This document shows, piece after piece, positions 15,418-29,529 of a stretch of 64,000 bases of DNA. Numbering within the stretch: position 1 is the first letter of the stretch; each line of letters opens with the position of its first letter. The stretch spans positions 6,386,001 through 6,450,000 of the forward strand of contig CM022676.1 in assembly GCA_012295275.1 (NCBI GenBank), written 5' to 3'. Source of the stretch: Chrysomallon squamiferum (Eukaryota > Animalia > Mollusca). Position numbers and translations under genes: made by a program. Under the pieces are notes generated by a model, which had not been told where the DNA came from, ran no database searches, and worked only from the letters and a program-made list of their open reading frames with translations.

Positions 15418-17627
15418 TAAAATTCTACCTCTCCCTAACAAAAAAAAATCCTAAAACATCAGAAACCCAATCATTACAATTTCCCCATGCTATTTGCTCT
15501 GAATCTACAAGCAACATGACCAGTCCTCAAATCTTTTTTCCTTTCATCATGGTCTCTCCAGATATTCCATGTTTATTCCCCTAGTTTATGACAATTACTT
15601 TTCATGCCATAAACGCAATCCTGCACCAGCCAATATAGAGAGATTCTGTTTATCCTGAGCTTTCTGACAGCAGTTGCTAAGCCTGAACGACCGATGATCC
15701 AGTTTTCATATTCTGCGTAGTTATTTTGTGTAACACTTTCTTGATTGCTGCTGCTGCTAGGTTAACAATACACAACAGCAAATATTTGATTAGAAAAGGA
15801 AAAATTGATTGAAGGACAGCCAGGATGCTGCTGGCATCACGAGCAGATATTGAATTTAGTTTTTCTTACTTTGTCATTTGGAATGAAAGAATCTAATTAT
15901 TCTGATTCATGATTAACAGAATAAACATTGTTAGTTATGATGTGTACACATTAGATGGAAGTAGTAGTTCTGTATAAAATTTATAAATAAATCTTTTGTC
16001 TATGACCCTGTTCTCATTATAATAAATGTTGTTATATTAGAAATATTTCTGTATAAAAATATAAACCATTTCACTGAAATCTTTCAGTAAATGAATACTA
16101 TTATTATTTTCATCTGAAAGAGTTCTGAATAAAAGTGTAGCATAATTTAAAATAAATGCTTTTTATATTAGAAATATTTTGTATAAAATTATAAATCAAT
16201 TTTTTTTTTTTTGCCCTCCTTAAATCTTTCAATATGTGAATAGTGTTTAAAATTTTCAATGGAAAGAATTCTGAATAAAAGTAAGAAATTTTATTCAAAA
16301 TAAATACTGTTATATTAGATATATTCTGTAAAAAATTATGAACATTGTTTTATAAATCATTGAGTAAATAAATATTGTAGAAGTCCTCAATAGCATTGTG
16401 AATTTTTTTTATCTGTAACTTCATTCAAAATAAATACTGTTATATCTAGAAATATTTAAAAAACAAAAAAAATTAAATGTTAACCATTTATTTTTAGAAA
16501 AAGGAAGCAATTTTAGAGATCTTGGCTATTTAACACAATTGTTTTCAGACTGTTTATGGAAAGGTTCATATAAAAGATCTCTTACTGCTAATCAATAATA
16601 ACAATCACTGAATGGCAACAGTAAATTTATTTTCGGATACTTTCATTATTTAAGAAAACCTATAACTACTCTTAATAATAATGCTTATAACTGGCTGTGA
16701 GTTCTTGATAAAACAAAACAACTCTGTTTATGGGAAGGAACACAAATAACATTATTTTCTGCTAATCAAAAGTAATGGAATGACAGACTTTCTCTGGCAT
16801 TTCATTACAGAAGAAAGCCCATAAGAACCCAATTAATAATAACATTAAAATGTAATTGAGAAATCATTAAAACTGTATCAGTTCACTCACTCATTCCTTA
16901 TAAATAATCTCTGTTCTGCTTGTTGCAGCTATTTTTCTACAAGCCTCTAAAATGCTGTCTTTACTGTTCAAAATCACCTAGTACTATGGGAAGGTGGATA
17001 TAAAAAATCCATTACTGCTAAATGATGAAAATGGCAAATGGCGTTCCTCTTCATTAAAAACATTAAACACGAAATCCTGATAATAACAAAACTAATAATA
17101 CTAAGATCTGTCGTGATGTCATTAAAATCTTCTCCATTTTTTTTTTTTTTTTATTCATTGCAAACTCTATTAATCTGGGCTGCATGCATGCCCAGTACAG
17201 TTATTTCCTCAAGGTTTTAATTTACAGTGTAATCTTCGTAACACTGAACTTCCAGGTATAGGAGTTCAGGAATCTCCATGATACCTCTTACAAGCTTGTA
17301 TCCTGAATAGTATGTGGCATAATTGAAGGAAACATACATTTTGTTCAAAATAATGTCTTGAATTCACTTTCAGAAATTGATAAAATTCTTGAATATTATG
17401 TATTTTACCATCCATATTTTTTCATAATATTAAATTCTAAAAGTGTTAAAAATAAAATATTATGTATTTTACCATCCATATTTTTTCATATTTATTAAAT
17501 TCTAAAAGTATATCACTATTTTACTGTGAAATTGTTAAAATAAGAACCAAACACACAGACACGTACACACGCATACACTTTGATAAATAAGTTAAATTTT
17601 AAATGAATTTCTAAATATAAAAAAAAA

Positions 17628-17686
<59 letters not shown>

Positions 17687-18038
17687 GTAAGTAAATAAAT
17701 AAATAAAAAAATAATTATAAAAAAGAGTGGGAAAACTAAACTTTAAAAAAATATATTCTATACAGAAATCTTAAACATTTTGATCATCTACATTTACACT
17801 GACCGACATAATTCTTTAGTTCAATATATTTCCATCTTCTCTTGGTTTCTGCTGCCAAACCTACTCTCAAGAAGAAAGCCTAATCTTCAAGTTAGTCATT
17901 TCCATTAATTTCCTTCAAATCTCTAACACATTATCATACTCACTGTGCTGTGTTAATTCCTGCAAATTGACCAATTTGACATTTTTTTTTTTCTTATTGA
18001 CAGAAACTGTAATTCCTTTACACTTCGCTCTTTTCGCA

Positions 18039-18076
<38 letters not shown>

Positions 18077-19832
18077 GACAGATTTTCTGATTCTTCCACA
18101 AATCGACTCATTTGACCAAACTGCTTTAGACAGGAATAAAAATGGCCACGATGACCTCTGAACCCCCGGTTGGGTCATTAAGAACATTCCTAGACTGGGT
18201 AGTGTGTAACAGATGGATTCCGTTAGCCAGCTGGGGACCAGAATGTTAGGAGAGGTAATTATAGAGGTTATTAAGATTAAAGAGGTTGGCTAGAGGGAGA
18301 TATGAAAAATACAACATATAACTGAATGGGAACCCATTAGCTTTAGAAGAATACGGTGTGGCCATGAGCTGTATGCAAAACCAAACAGAATGAATGTAAT
18401 TATACGAAGAATGAAATAAAAACAAAAAACAAAAACATGTCAGTTATTTTAATATTATAAGATGGTAGTGGTGTGTTATATGAAGATGAAATAATCAATA
18501 TGTGAACAAGGATGGATGATGAGAGCCCAGCAAGACTGGTTTGAAGAACTAATTAATTCCATATTTTAATTCCTGATGTTGTATTGAGTGAACATTCAGT
18601 ATTTATAATAGGTAATAGTGGCATGACATGGTTTACTAATACAAGACTAAAAAAAACATATTTAAATATCAGTTCTCTTTGTGTCCATCCACTGAACTGC
18701 TACGGAAAATCTATCTGCTATACGGATATATAACATAAATTTATTATTCTAGTAATTTACAAGTTTATCTAGTCAGTAATTAATTTCCCATTCCAACAAA
18801 TGCTCCATAAATAATGATTATACAAAGAACTTGCTATGTATTTCATTATACGGATGAAATATTCAATACGTCAATATGAAAAGACTATAATAAAAGGTAT
18901 CTTGTACCTAGGTAACATTAGTCCTTAGAAAAACAAAGCAGGTTTCTTCTTTTGAATTTCATCAACTGTTTCAAAAGCTGATACTAAAAATACTGACATG
19001 TCAAATATTTCTTCTTTTTTTTTTTACTTACTTGCAGCCATAATTTTAGACACTAAAAGATAATGAATACTCCCGTAATTTTAAACTGTCACTGACAATG
19101 AAAACATCATAATTTTAAGCTGCAATGGTGTAACGGACATTTCATACAGAGTATGTAAACAGGGATAACAGAGGAGATACCAGCACTGTTTTAAACATCG
19201 TACCCTATGGCTAAAGATGACATACGGATTATTATGGAACACGAAATCTCCAAATGTACAGCCTGAAGGAAATATCTGAAGCTATTCTTAAGTATGGTAG
19301 AACATGTTTGCTTGTGCAGCCAGAGTTTATTATTAAGAACGATATATATATATACTTCGAAAGCAGAATAGCAGATATTAAATCTATTTGTGAGCAAATG
19401 ATGATGTTAAGAAGACTATTATGGCATGGGAAGTGAAGAATTATGCAGAAGAATGGACGATATCTGTTATGAATTATGAGGAATTAATGTCAATAAGCTG
19501 GTATAGATTTAGTTTGACGTAGTATTGACTGATTCTAAATTTAGGAAGAGGGCAAATACAAAAGATTTCTCTTAGAAAAAGAAATTTTTAAGTTTCAAAA
19601 ATAAAAAATAGAAATAAAAATTAAAAATCATAAAAATAAAGAAAACAAAATCAGTTTAGTAACATTTTTCTTTTGCCTACTTTTAGTTCTTAATATTTAT
19701 TTTTATTTTGTGAGGGTGTTACTCTGCAAATTATTAAGCTGTTATTACTAAGATTAAATTAAAACTGTATTCACATTTAATTAGGTTTCTGTAGAATTAT
19801 ATATCCTATCCAATCTTTATGTTTTAAATGTG

Positions 19833-19888
<56 letters not shown>

Positions 19889-19976
19889 AAATAAAATAAA
19901 ATAAAAAATAAAATAAAATAAAATAAAATAAAATAAAATAAAATAAAATAAATAAAATAAAATAAATAAATAAATA
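19833..19976. repeat. Poly(A) followed by (AAAAT)n
   Basis: Direct observation. Confidence 0.95.
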
Positions 19977-22900
19977 CATCTACATCTAAAATAAAGTATA
20001 TTTCTAATTTCATTTACATTTCAGACTGTAGTAAAATACTATCTTAAAATTGATTCTCTACACCGCATATCTTCAAAATTTCAATTTAAAGGCCAAGGGA
20101 AAAAACAACAATGTGACAAGTCACTGCTATGCATTTAGTACCACTCTGCAAAATAAATGTACACAAGATGAAAACACATCCAACAGGAAGGCACCACTGC
20201 ACATGTTTACACAGTGCATGCTGGGAAGTATTCAGACATGCATGGGGTGCTTGGTTCTGCAAAATCACACAAAAACGTCGAGCCGAGTCAACAATGAAGT
20301 CAGGTTGGAACAGGAAAAGAACTTAAAAATGGCTGACTGAACAGTCCTGATATTTTATCAGCTGTCCGCCATGTTGGAATAAAGTTTCAAGAATGTGGGC
20401 TGAAGTGGCAAGAAAAATCAACATGTTCAGAATTGTGACAGATTTTAATTTTAGACTGATCGAAGCCTTCTTAAAATATTTCTCTGTTCTATTTGAATGA
20501 CAAAAATGAATTAACAAATATTTCATGACAATTCAAGATAATGTGAATATTGACAAATTATTAACAGTCCCAGACAAGCATTTGATTTTATAACAAAAAG
20601 TGTTTAAACAGAAAACATGTGTTATATAACAGGTTTACTCTTAATGAAATGAAGTAAGGTATCTTTTATTAATTTATTATTATTATTTTTATTTTTTTTT
20701 TCATAAATAGGAGAATAGTTAGCATGATATTAATATATTATTTATAGAAATAAAATAATTAAAAAAAAAAAAAAAAAATAATTTTAAAATCTATATATAT
20801 TGATTTTTTTTTATTTTATTCTAAATTTATTTCAGTGTAATTTAACATTTTAATATATGAAGAATTTATTATGTGATGCAAAATCATATCCATATTTTTA
20901 TTATTAATAATTTTAATTTTTTTTTTTTAAATAATAGAATTTCACTTATAATATATATTAAATAAAATATATAAATGCTTTTTTTTTTTTTTTTTAATTT
21001 CCTTTCTGATTGGATTTATTATTATTATTTTTTTTAAATTAATTAATCTATTTCTTAGTCTTTTAACTTTAAAAAAAATTCAAGACTTTCCCTGTTAACA
21101 ATATTAGTTATCACAGTTATTATTTATAATTTATTTATTTATTTATTTTTATTCTCACCAGGCTTAATGTCAGCCATTTTAGTGGGGTTTTTTCATTTTA
21201 TTTTTGACTTTTTAATTTTATTTCAGTGTTGTTTAATATTTTTATATATAAAGAATTCTGTATGTGATTCAATTTCATATCCATAATTTATTATTGTTAT
21301 TAACAGTCAGTTCTTTTTATTTCATAAAGTCATATCATAAATATTTCAGCCATTTTATTGTCAGTGTTTGTTATTGTTATTTTAAATAGTTGTTACAAAT
21401 GCATATAAATGCTTCATATTTTTTTAAATCATGATATATATATTTTTTGTTTGTGTTTTCTCATTCTACCTCATAAATGTTATTATATGTGTTTTTTGTC
21501 ACAATTACTGCTAGATGTTTTTTTTTTCAATTTTTTTCACATTTTATAATGGTGTTATCTGCTTGTAAAGTAGGTTTGTGGATTCTAAACATAGAAATGC
21601 ACATAAACCGATGACATTTATGACACGAAAACATCACTGATTATTTCAAATACAACACAGCCATGACCTGAATGTGAGACATGGATATATATATATACAT
21701 ACACACACACATATGTAAAATCTTTAACATTATGTCATTGAATACATTTTTAGGATTTTAAAAAATAATAACAAAAATAAAATAAAAAATATGTATCTTA
21801 AACATTTTATCAGTATCATAAAATATATTTTAGGATTTTAAAATAAAAAAAAGAAATAAAAAAATTAAATTTAAAATTAAATTTAAATTAAGTAAAATTA
21901 AACAGAAATAGTTTTTTTTTTTTTTTTACTTACATCTCATCTTAAACACTGTACCAGTATCATTAAACACATTTATAGGATTTTGAAATAAAATAAAATA
22001 AATTAAATTAAAAAGTAAAAAATTAAAACAAAATAATGTATGAGAAAAAAGTAATTTTTTTTTATCAAAATCATCAAATAAATTATTCCAATTTTAATCA
22101 AACAATATTCTGTAGCAATCAACACCTTATATACACAATATACAACAAATTACAAGTTTAAAACAGATGTGTCATTTATATCGCAAAGTACTGCCACGAA
22201 ATCAAAACAACACTAAGAACAGCATTACAATTTACAGAGGTTCAAAATGTAACCATGAAAACTGAGAATCCATGCAATACAAGATGCTATAAACTCTTTT
22301 CATTACTTGTTTTCACAGGCAACAGAACTGAATAAACAACAGTAAAGAGATAGGCACAATATAAAACAAGAATAAAGAAAGGTTATTTGGAAAAGAAAAC
22401 AGAAATAAATAAAATTGAGAGGATAAATGAAGATCGTGTAATAAACAGGAGTTAGAGAAACGAGTATTACCAAACAAAAGAGAAAACTAAAAAACCAGAA
22501 TGGATTTAAGAAAAGAAAGAAAGAAAGAAAAAAGAGAATTAAAAATATAGTGTAAATGAAGATATAAGAAACAAGAGTTAAAGACTGAACATGAGAGAAA
22601 ACTGAAAAATAGCACACAGAATATATTACTGAAGCAAGACAATGATAACAAAAACAAACAGCACAAACAGCAGAAATAAATAAATAAATAAATAAACAAA
22701 ATTTGGAGATGGAAAAATCGATAACAAAACAAGAGATGTAAAGATCATACGATTACTTAAACCAAGAAGACAAAAAAAAGAGAAGAAAAACAGAGAGAGA
22801 AAAAATAACATTCAGAGATAACAAAGACAGCAACATCAAGACAAGAGAAATAGAGATTATAGGAGTCAACTGTACTCAAGATAACAAAACTAAATAACAT

Positions 22901-23945
22901 TCAGAGACAGGAATGATATCAAACACACACAGTTCTGAAAGACTAAACAAAAAACTAAATTTAAAAATACACTTTCTTTGTCCACTGAAGACTGATAAAA
23001 TCAATAATACCTTTTTAGAATAATACTGAGACAAGACAAGAACAATAATAAATAAATAAATAAATAGTCATTATTCAGAGACAGGAAGGCTGAGATAGCA
23101 AGACAAAAGAAATATAGATTAAACAGTTTAACTCTGCTCAAGATTACTATACTAAACAACATTCAGATGTGCGTGATATCAAACACACAGAATTTTGAGA
23201 AAATGAGCAAATAAATATAGAAACAAAAAACAAACAAAAAAATTAAAATTAAAAAGTAAATACAGTTCAACTCATGCAAATAGTATTAAATAAGATTCAC
23301 AGACATAAACAACATCAATGATATGGAATATTGAAACCAAAACAACATTAAGAAATTAAAAAGAAGTTCTCTTCAGCTGAAGCTAACAGTGTCAAACAAC
23401 ATACTGGATGCAAGATTGTTAACTGTTAATAAGGCCATGTGGAATAAATGTTATTTATTTTTTGATTTTAAAACTAAATGAACATATTTTATTAACTCTA
23501 CTGAGGTCAAAAATAAATATTTTCTTCATTTTGAACAAAAAGATACATTTTGAAAAAGTCCTAATTTAATCCAAGAAAACAAAATGATGATAAAACAGAT
23601 GATGCATCTAAAAATTAAATTAATGTGCATGTGTATGTGTATGTATCTGTAATAAATCAATAAAACTATAATAATAATAATAATAACAACAACAACAACA
23701 ACTACAACAACTACAATAAAAACTATATAAAATAAAGAAATAAATTACAGACACTAATATACTATTAACACATGTCTTAAAAAAACTAAAGTCACAAGAT
23801 GCAGCTAAAGAAACGACAACATGACAAAACTATGGAACAAGATTTTTCATTCCAGATCTAATAGAAACACACAATGAGAGGCAGGCAGGCAAGCAGGCAG
23901 GCAGGCAGGCAAGGAGGAGGGAGAAATATAAAATTCAATTTCTAC

Positions 23946-24061
23946 CTTAGATCAATTAGAGTCATTCTTCTTGGTCTCAGACATGGCCTCTTTCGCGGAA
24001 TCTGAGGAGTTCCATAAATGTTCTGTACGTCAAACATGCTGTATTTGGAGTCCATCAACAT
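23946..24061 (-). CDS. Alternative first coding exon (MLMDSKYSMFDVQNIYGTPQIPRKRPCLRPRRMTLIDL+AG), phase 2
   Basis: 38 open codons + 2 nt; donor AAG|GTAGAA; in-frame TGA 4 codons upstream; coding-like GC; basic cluster and RRxT motif. Confidence 0.6.
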
Positions 24062-24139
24062 ATCACAACGTCACAACCCTGGCAGGGCCTCAATCATTAT
24101 GTGTGTGTGTGTGTGTGTGTGTGTTTTTTTTTTAATTCC

Positions 24140-24520
24140 TTTAGAGTATATCCAAAGATTTATAAACATCTTTGTTTTAGTTTTTTTTTGTTTTTTTTAT
24201 ATATCCAAAGATTTATAAATCCAATAGGGACTCTTGGGTCTCAGACTTTATGCATTATTATTCTTTTTACAGTAAATCCAAAGATTTATGCATGTACCCT
24301 TCTTGGGCCTCAAACTTTATGCATTATTCTTTTAAAGTAAATCCAAAGATTTATGAGCACCCTTCCTGGGCCTCAAATGTAATGCATTATTCATTCACAG
24401 TAAAATCCAAAGGTTTATAGACACCTGTTTGGGTCTCAGTCATTATATACTGTTCCTTTTACAGAAATTCCTATTTTGTATATCCTTTTGGGGCTTAATA
24501 AAGTTATTCCTTCAGAGTAA
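24140..24520. repeat. Degenerate tandem repeat, about 60-bp unit
   Basis: Recurring ATCCAAAGATTTAT...CTTGGGCCTCA...ATGCATTATT. Confidence 0.75.
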
Positions 24521-24799
24521 TTCCACAGATATGTATATATATCTCTTATTTGGGCCTCCAATTAAGTATGAAATCCATATCCAAGAAATTGTGTTTCTTC
24601 ATCAGCAGACCAGTTTGTATCTTCTTTTTTTTTCAGATTATATACATGTTGTTATTTTTTTAAATGTAAACTTTTTTTTTTAATGTAAAGATATACTTCA
24701 AGGAAAACAAACTTTTATACTGAATCCTAAATCAGAAAAAAAAAAAAAAAATTAATTTAATAATAAAGAAACATCCATTGATTATATAATAAGGAATTT

Positions 24800-25260
24800 T
24801 ATTTCTCCTTCAAGAATACGATGTCCTCTTCCAATTTAATCTTCGAAATCTAACAGCTTCTTATATCATTTACGCAAGACAACGGTAAATCCTTAATTCA
24901 CTTTACGAAGAAGATATTTATCCATTTCTCCAATAAGCACACAAGCGAACCATCAGCAACGGGGGGAGAAAAAAAAATTATCCAGTTTATTTTTCATCTG
25001 TTTGGTGTCAATGACCTGCGAAAAAAAAAAATCCTCCAATTTCTGAAACGTGACAGTTCTGTTGTCCGAGTTATAGCAATTCGACTGATTGCTGCAAATC
25101 TGCCACCTGATGGAGTATAATGAAGAAAAACAACAGAAAGCAGACGTCGGTTGGTAGTCAGGACTCTTGCGTCTGCTGTAATGTGAAGGATTTTGTCAGG
25201 AAATATGGTGTATTGATTTTTCTGCGATTCCGACACAATTTAAGCTAGGCAAAGAACGAT
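24800..25260 (-). promoter_or_regulatory. CpG-enriched promoter/5'UTR-like patch
   Basis: CpG cluster; minus-strand Inr-like TCAGTC at about 25083-25088; about 0.7-1.2 kb upstream of the 23946-24061 exon. Confidence 0.4.
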
Positions 25261-25298
25261 ATCACTGACTTGAGTAGGGTAAACTTATGTTCACTTAC

Positions 25299-25315
25299 GT
25301 GTATGATGGAAACAT
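25299..25315 (-). CDS. Weak candidate micro first exon (MFPSY+AC), phase 2
   Basis: GAAATG start and CAC|GTAAGT donor; short enough to be chance. Confidence 0.2.
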
Positions 25316-26738
25316 TTCCCTCAGAAACAAACTCAAACACCTTTGCTGTTGTATTTTTAACAGGTCTTAAAAAAGATGAAGAATGGTAATACAACAATTC
25401 TTGACACCGGTTTGAAATTATTCCGTATGTATTGAGAAATTGTTTTTAAAAATCAATTCCAAACTTACTAAGAAATTGTCAAAAAAAAAATTCTTTTTGA
25501 CATCAGAATGCTGATTGTTACTGCAATAATCTTTTTAAAGTTATTTTTCAAATCACGCTCCAGTCGAAGTTATTCTTCAGTTTTCTTTTCTTATTTGGTT
25601 GATTATCTATTTTATTATTTAAAAGTTTAATTATTACAGTGATTGTATTTTCCATACAACTGTTTAGATCCAGTTATTAACAAAGGTATTTATAGCAGTC
25701 ATCTAAAAACACTACAGAACTGCTTCTGTTTTCGTATCATTCAATTTGATATTAACTAATAACACTTTCTATATGACTGTTTTAGTTTTTACAGTTTTGC
25801 TTTGAAAAAAAAAAAAAAAGTTTAAAACTATTCTCCATACCACTTTCTAGACAAATATTAATAACTCTCTATCTGGAGCAGAATTTTTGCATACTACAGA
25901 AAAGTCATAACTTGTGTTCACAAATGTCATTCGAAAGGTTTTTCATCACCAGCAATCTAATAAACCTCCGACTTGGATTTCATGATGCTATCTTCTGCAC
26001 ACCTATTTAGTATTAAGCTGTAACAGCACCGCTCCATAAACAATCATTCCTCCCAGGATGGAGAGTTCACCATGACAAAACTGAGTTATTACACGGTGGT
26101 AGTCTGCTAGCAACACCCACTCTTACACAGCGTAAAACTGAAAAATGCAAGGTGCTTCCTCATACAGAAATCATCTCAAAGCTCGTTATTATGTATATGT
26201 CATAAAATATTTACCTTTTTTGTTACAAATTTGTTTATATAAATGTATATATTTTTGGGGTTTGTTAATATAAATTTATAAACTTTGGGACTGCATTATA
26301 TCTTGGGTTTTTTGGAATATTTTTGCAGGCTTTTAAAATTATTTAATATTTTTCACTTAACTGCTGTAATTTTAAAAATATATTTATTTCTATTATGCAA
26401 TTTGATAACACCGAATAACTTTTTTTTTTTTTTAACAATAAAAATGCCCCTGTTATGTAATTTTTAATTTATAATTAACCTGTAGCAGATGATGATATTA
26501 TGTTATAATAATAATAATTATTATTCACACCTTCAATAAAAAAAAAACACTGATGAAATCCTTGGATTAAATGTCAAAATAAATCTCTCTTCTTTGCAAT
26601 AATCCAGTTCTGAATAAGCAGAAGAAGAAAAAAACAACAAACAAACAATCCTCTTCTTGGTGTCACTTTTCTGGGTGACTTTCTGTGCAGCTAGCTTTGT
26701 TTGTGTAACAGTATCAGCAAATTAGTTCCCATTAATAC

Positions 26739-26806
26739 CTGACAAGAGCTGTATGTGGTATTGATGACTTTATCCACACAAACGAATTACAGGTGTCACG
26801 TCTCAT
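26739..26806 (-). CDS. Candidate alternative first coding exon (MRRDTCNSFVWIKSSIPHTALV+AG), phase 2
   Basis: 22 codons + 2 nt; donor CAG|GTATTA; in-frame TGA just before the ATG; possible acceptor GTTTCAG a few nt upstream. Confidence 0.35.
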
Positions 26807-27529
26807 TCATCACTGAAACACGATTTCTGTCAGCTAGATCAAAAAGGTGAATCTGTCAACTGGTTTCTGTGACAGTCGAAATGGCTTGTAGGTCTGCTCA
26901 GCTTTGAGAAAGATTTTAATTAATTTTGATGTGTTTGATTTTGATACCTTCGTTCACTTTGTTGATGTTGAAATATATCTGCGTTCAGTGTATTGTTGAA
27001 ATCTACGTTAGCGGTTTTTAAAAAAAAAAATATTTTATGTTCACTTGTTGAAATTTCAGTCTATGCTGTGTTGTTCATTTTATTTAAAAATTAAAACAAA
27101 ATTTTTTGTTCATTCAGTGCTGAGTTTTTGGGGTTTTTCAAAAATAAAAGATTTTATATCCATTCTTTGTTTGTCAATGAAAATTATTTTTCATTACTCC
27201 ATTAAAATATTTACTAAAATAAAACATCTCTTTAATTTTTCATTATTCTCCTCTCAAATTTTCTGCAGCATAAATCGTAATAATGTCTTTTCAACAGACA
27301 CTCTGTAATCAAATCATTAATGGACTTTATAACATAATAATTAAAAAAAAAAAAAATTATAATTAATAAAAAATTCTCTTTCCATTGGTTCATACAACAA
27401 AACTCCTCGTTATTTAGTTTCTTCGATCTCTGAGTTCCATTTCGTGTTCATTTCTGTTCGAGCCATAATTAAGCATAATGATTCCGTAATGAAAAATCAT
27501 CTGCAATGACGGATCACTTGCAATCACAG

Positions 27530-27545
27530 ATCATTACGTAATGAT
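27530..27545. promoter_or_regulatory. Perfect 16-bp palindrome containing a PAR-bZIP/D-box core
   Basis: ATCATTACGTAATGAT, inside a CpG-richer unique island (about 27400-27720). Confidence 0.4.
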
Positions 27546-29529
27546 GAAGCGGTTGGGATGATAAATCTGTTGCAGAGATAATTTATGTTTCAGGCCGAAC
27601 AGTTAATTAAAAGTTTCAGTGGACAGACAGTCGGTGGCTGTGAGTTTTCCACTTTCCAGCTTCCGTTGTCGTGGTTGCAGAGTTGCCAGTCTGAAAGGAA
27701 TGCGTAAGCGTGTCGTCACAGTTGAATGATTTCTTGCATGCATCATTGAAATCCAGCACATTTTGACAGTAAAGGAATCACTCTGGACAAATTTTCAGTG
27801 GTTATGTGTGGCAATATTTAGGCCAAGCCCAGGTAATTCTGTGTTTTAGGGTCTAAACTCAGTCTGCAAAGGTTAAAATCAATTCTGATCCTTTTTTCTT
27901 TTCCTTTTTTATCCTTTTTTTATTTTCCTTTTTTACCATTTTTTAATAATATTTTTTTGTTTATATATAAATAAAACCCTTTATTCATCAACATAAAAAC
28001 TGTTAACTGTTTAAATTTTTTTTGTTAAAAATTAAATTTTCTTAAAAGAAATTTTAGTGTGGACCCCAAAACACAGACTTTTATATTTACTTCCTTAAAA
28101 ATTAAAGCAGCAACATTTAGCTGAATAGTTAGCATTTAATTATTTCTAGAGAAATTTGAATTTTTGTCTGATGTAACTGAACACTATAAATTAATAATAA
28201 AATTACATTTTTTATTTCAACATTTTTTTTAAAATCAGTCCAAAACAACAAATAAAAATTAAATTAAAAAATAAAATTAAAAAAAAATTAAAATAAAATA
28301 AAATAAAATAAAATAAAACAAAACAAAACAAAATAAAACAAAATATTAAAAAAATTAAAAAGAGAAATTCTCAAAATTTTTAAATTTTATATTTTTTTAT
28401 GTTGAGTTACATCAGTTTTATATTTTCTAACATTAAATAATGAGAGAAAAAAACATTTATACAGTCAAAAAAAATTTTTTTAAAAATAAAATAATGATAC
28501 TTTAAAAAGAATTGTAAAATGATTAAGGTAATATAAAATCAGGAAAAAAATAAAATTAAAAATATAAAATAAAAAAGATTACTCTAAATCAAATCCAATA
28601 AAACTTAGGTTCTTAATCTGCAAATATCAAATTAAACATTATTCTGATTTTTATGGAAAACTGAAATAAGCTGTTCAAAATGTACCAGACACAAAGCGAC
28701 ATTGATCAATATAAAATTTAATTATAAAGTAATAACCCTTTATCATCCAATCAAAATGCACCAACGTATTAAATCAGCTCATAATCAACCAATCAAAATT
28801 TATCAATGGATTAACAGTAAATAAAAATAAAAGCTATTGGTCCTTTATCAACCAATGAAAACTGAATTATTTTCAAATAATTCTGTATTCTTATTATCCT
28901 GAAACTTATATACATACTGAAACCATACCAGCAAAAATTCCATGTGTTAAAATATCTTATAAAACATGTTGTGAGTTAACAGAAAACCATCAACCTGTAA
29001 ATTATTAAGTATACAGTGCAGCTTGTAATACTAAAAACCTTTTCAATAAATAAATAATTAGAAAAATCTGTAAAAGATATTTGAATAATTTGAAATACAG
29101 TCATTTATTCTTGTGTCACACACACACACACACACACACACACAACCCAAACACAACACACACTATATATGTACTATAAACGCACCCCAATACACACATC
29201 CATACATCCAAAACACCCCAAAAATCAATGAACATTCACCAAACACTGACATTCATACATACATAATCATTGACACACTCATACATATTAATTCACAAAA
29301 ACTGTTTATCCTGCAGTAAATGTTAAAACTATAAAATTGCATTAAAATCATCAAGAAAACCTCTTCATGATACAAATATAAATATTTACAAATCTGTATG
29401 AGATACAAAAAGAAATCTAAAAACATCTGTTTCTAGGTTCTCTTTAAGAACTGCAATATGCTAAATGAACATATAACAAAATCAATATAAAAACCATGAA
29501 GTACACTAACACTATTTTTCCATTCCAGA

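Noticed and set aside
19833-19976. Poly(A) as a retroposon tail
   Set aside because: No adjacent SINE/LINE body or TSD visible; long A runs are ubiquitous in this window.
21150-21180. MADIKP+G|GTGAGA unit on the minus strand
   Set aside because: Phase 1 and in very AT-rich DNA; kept as an example of the chance background.
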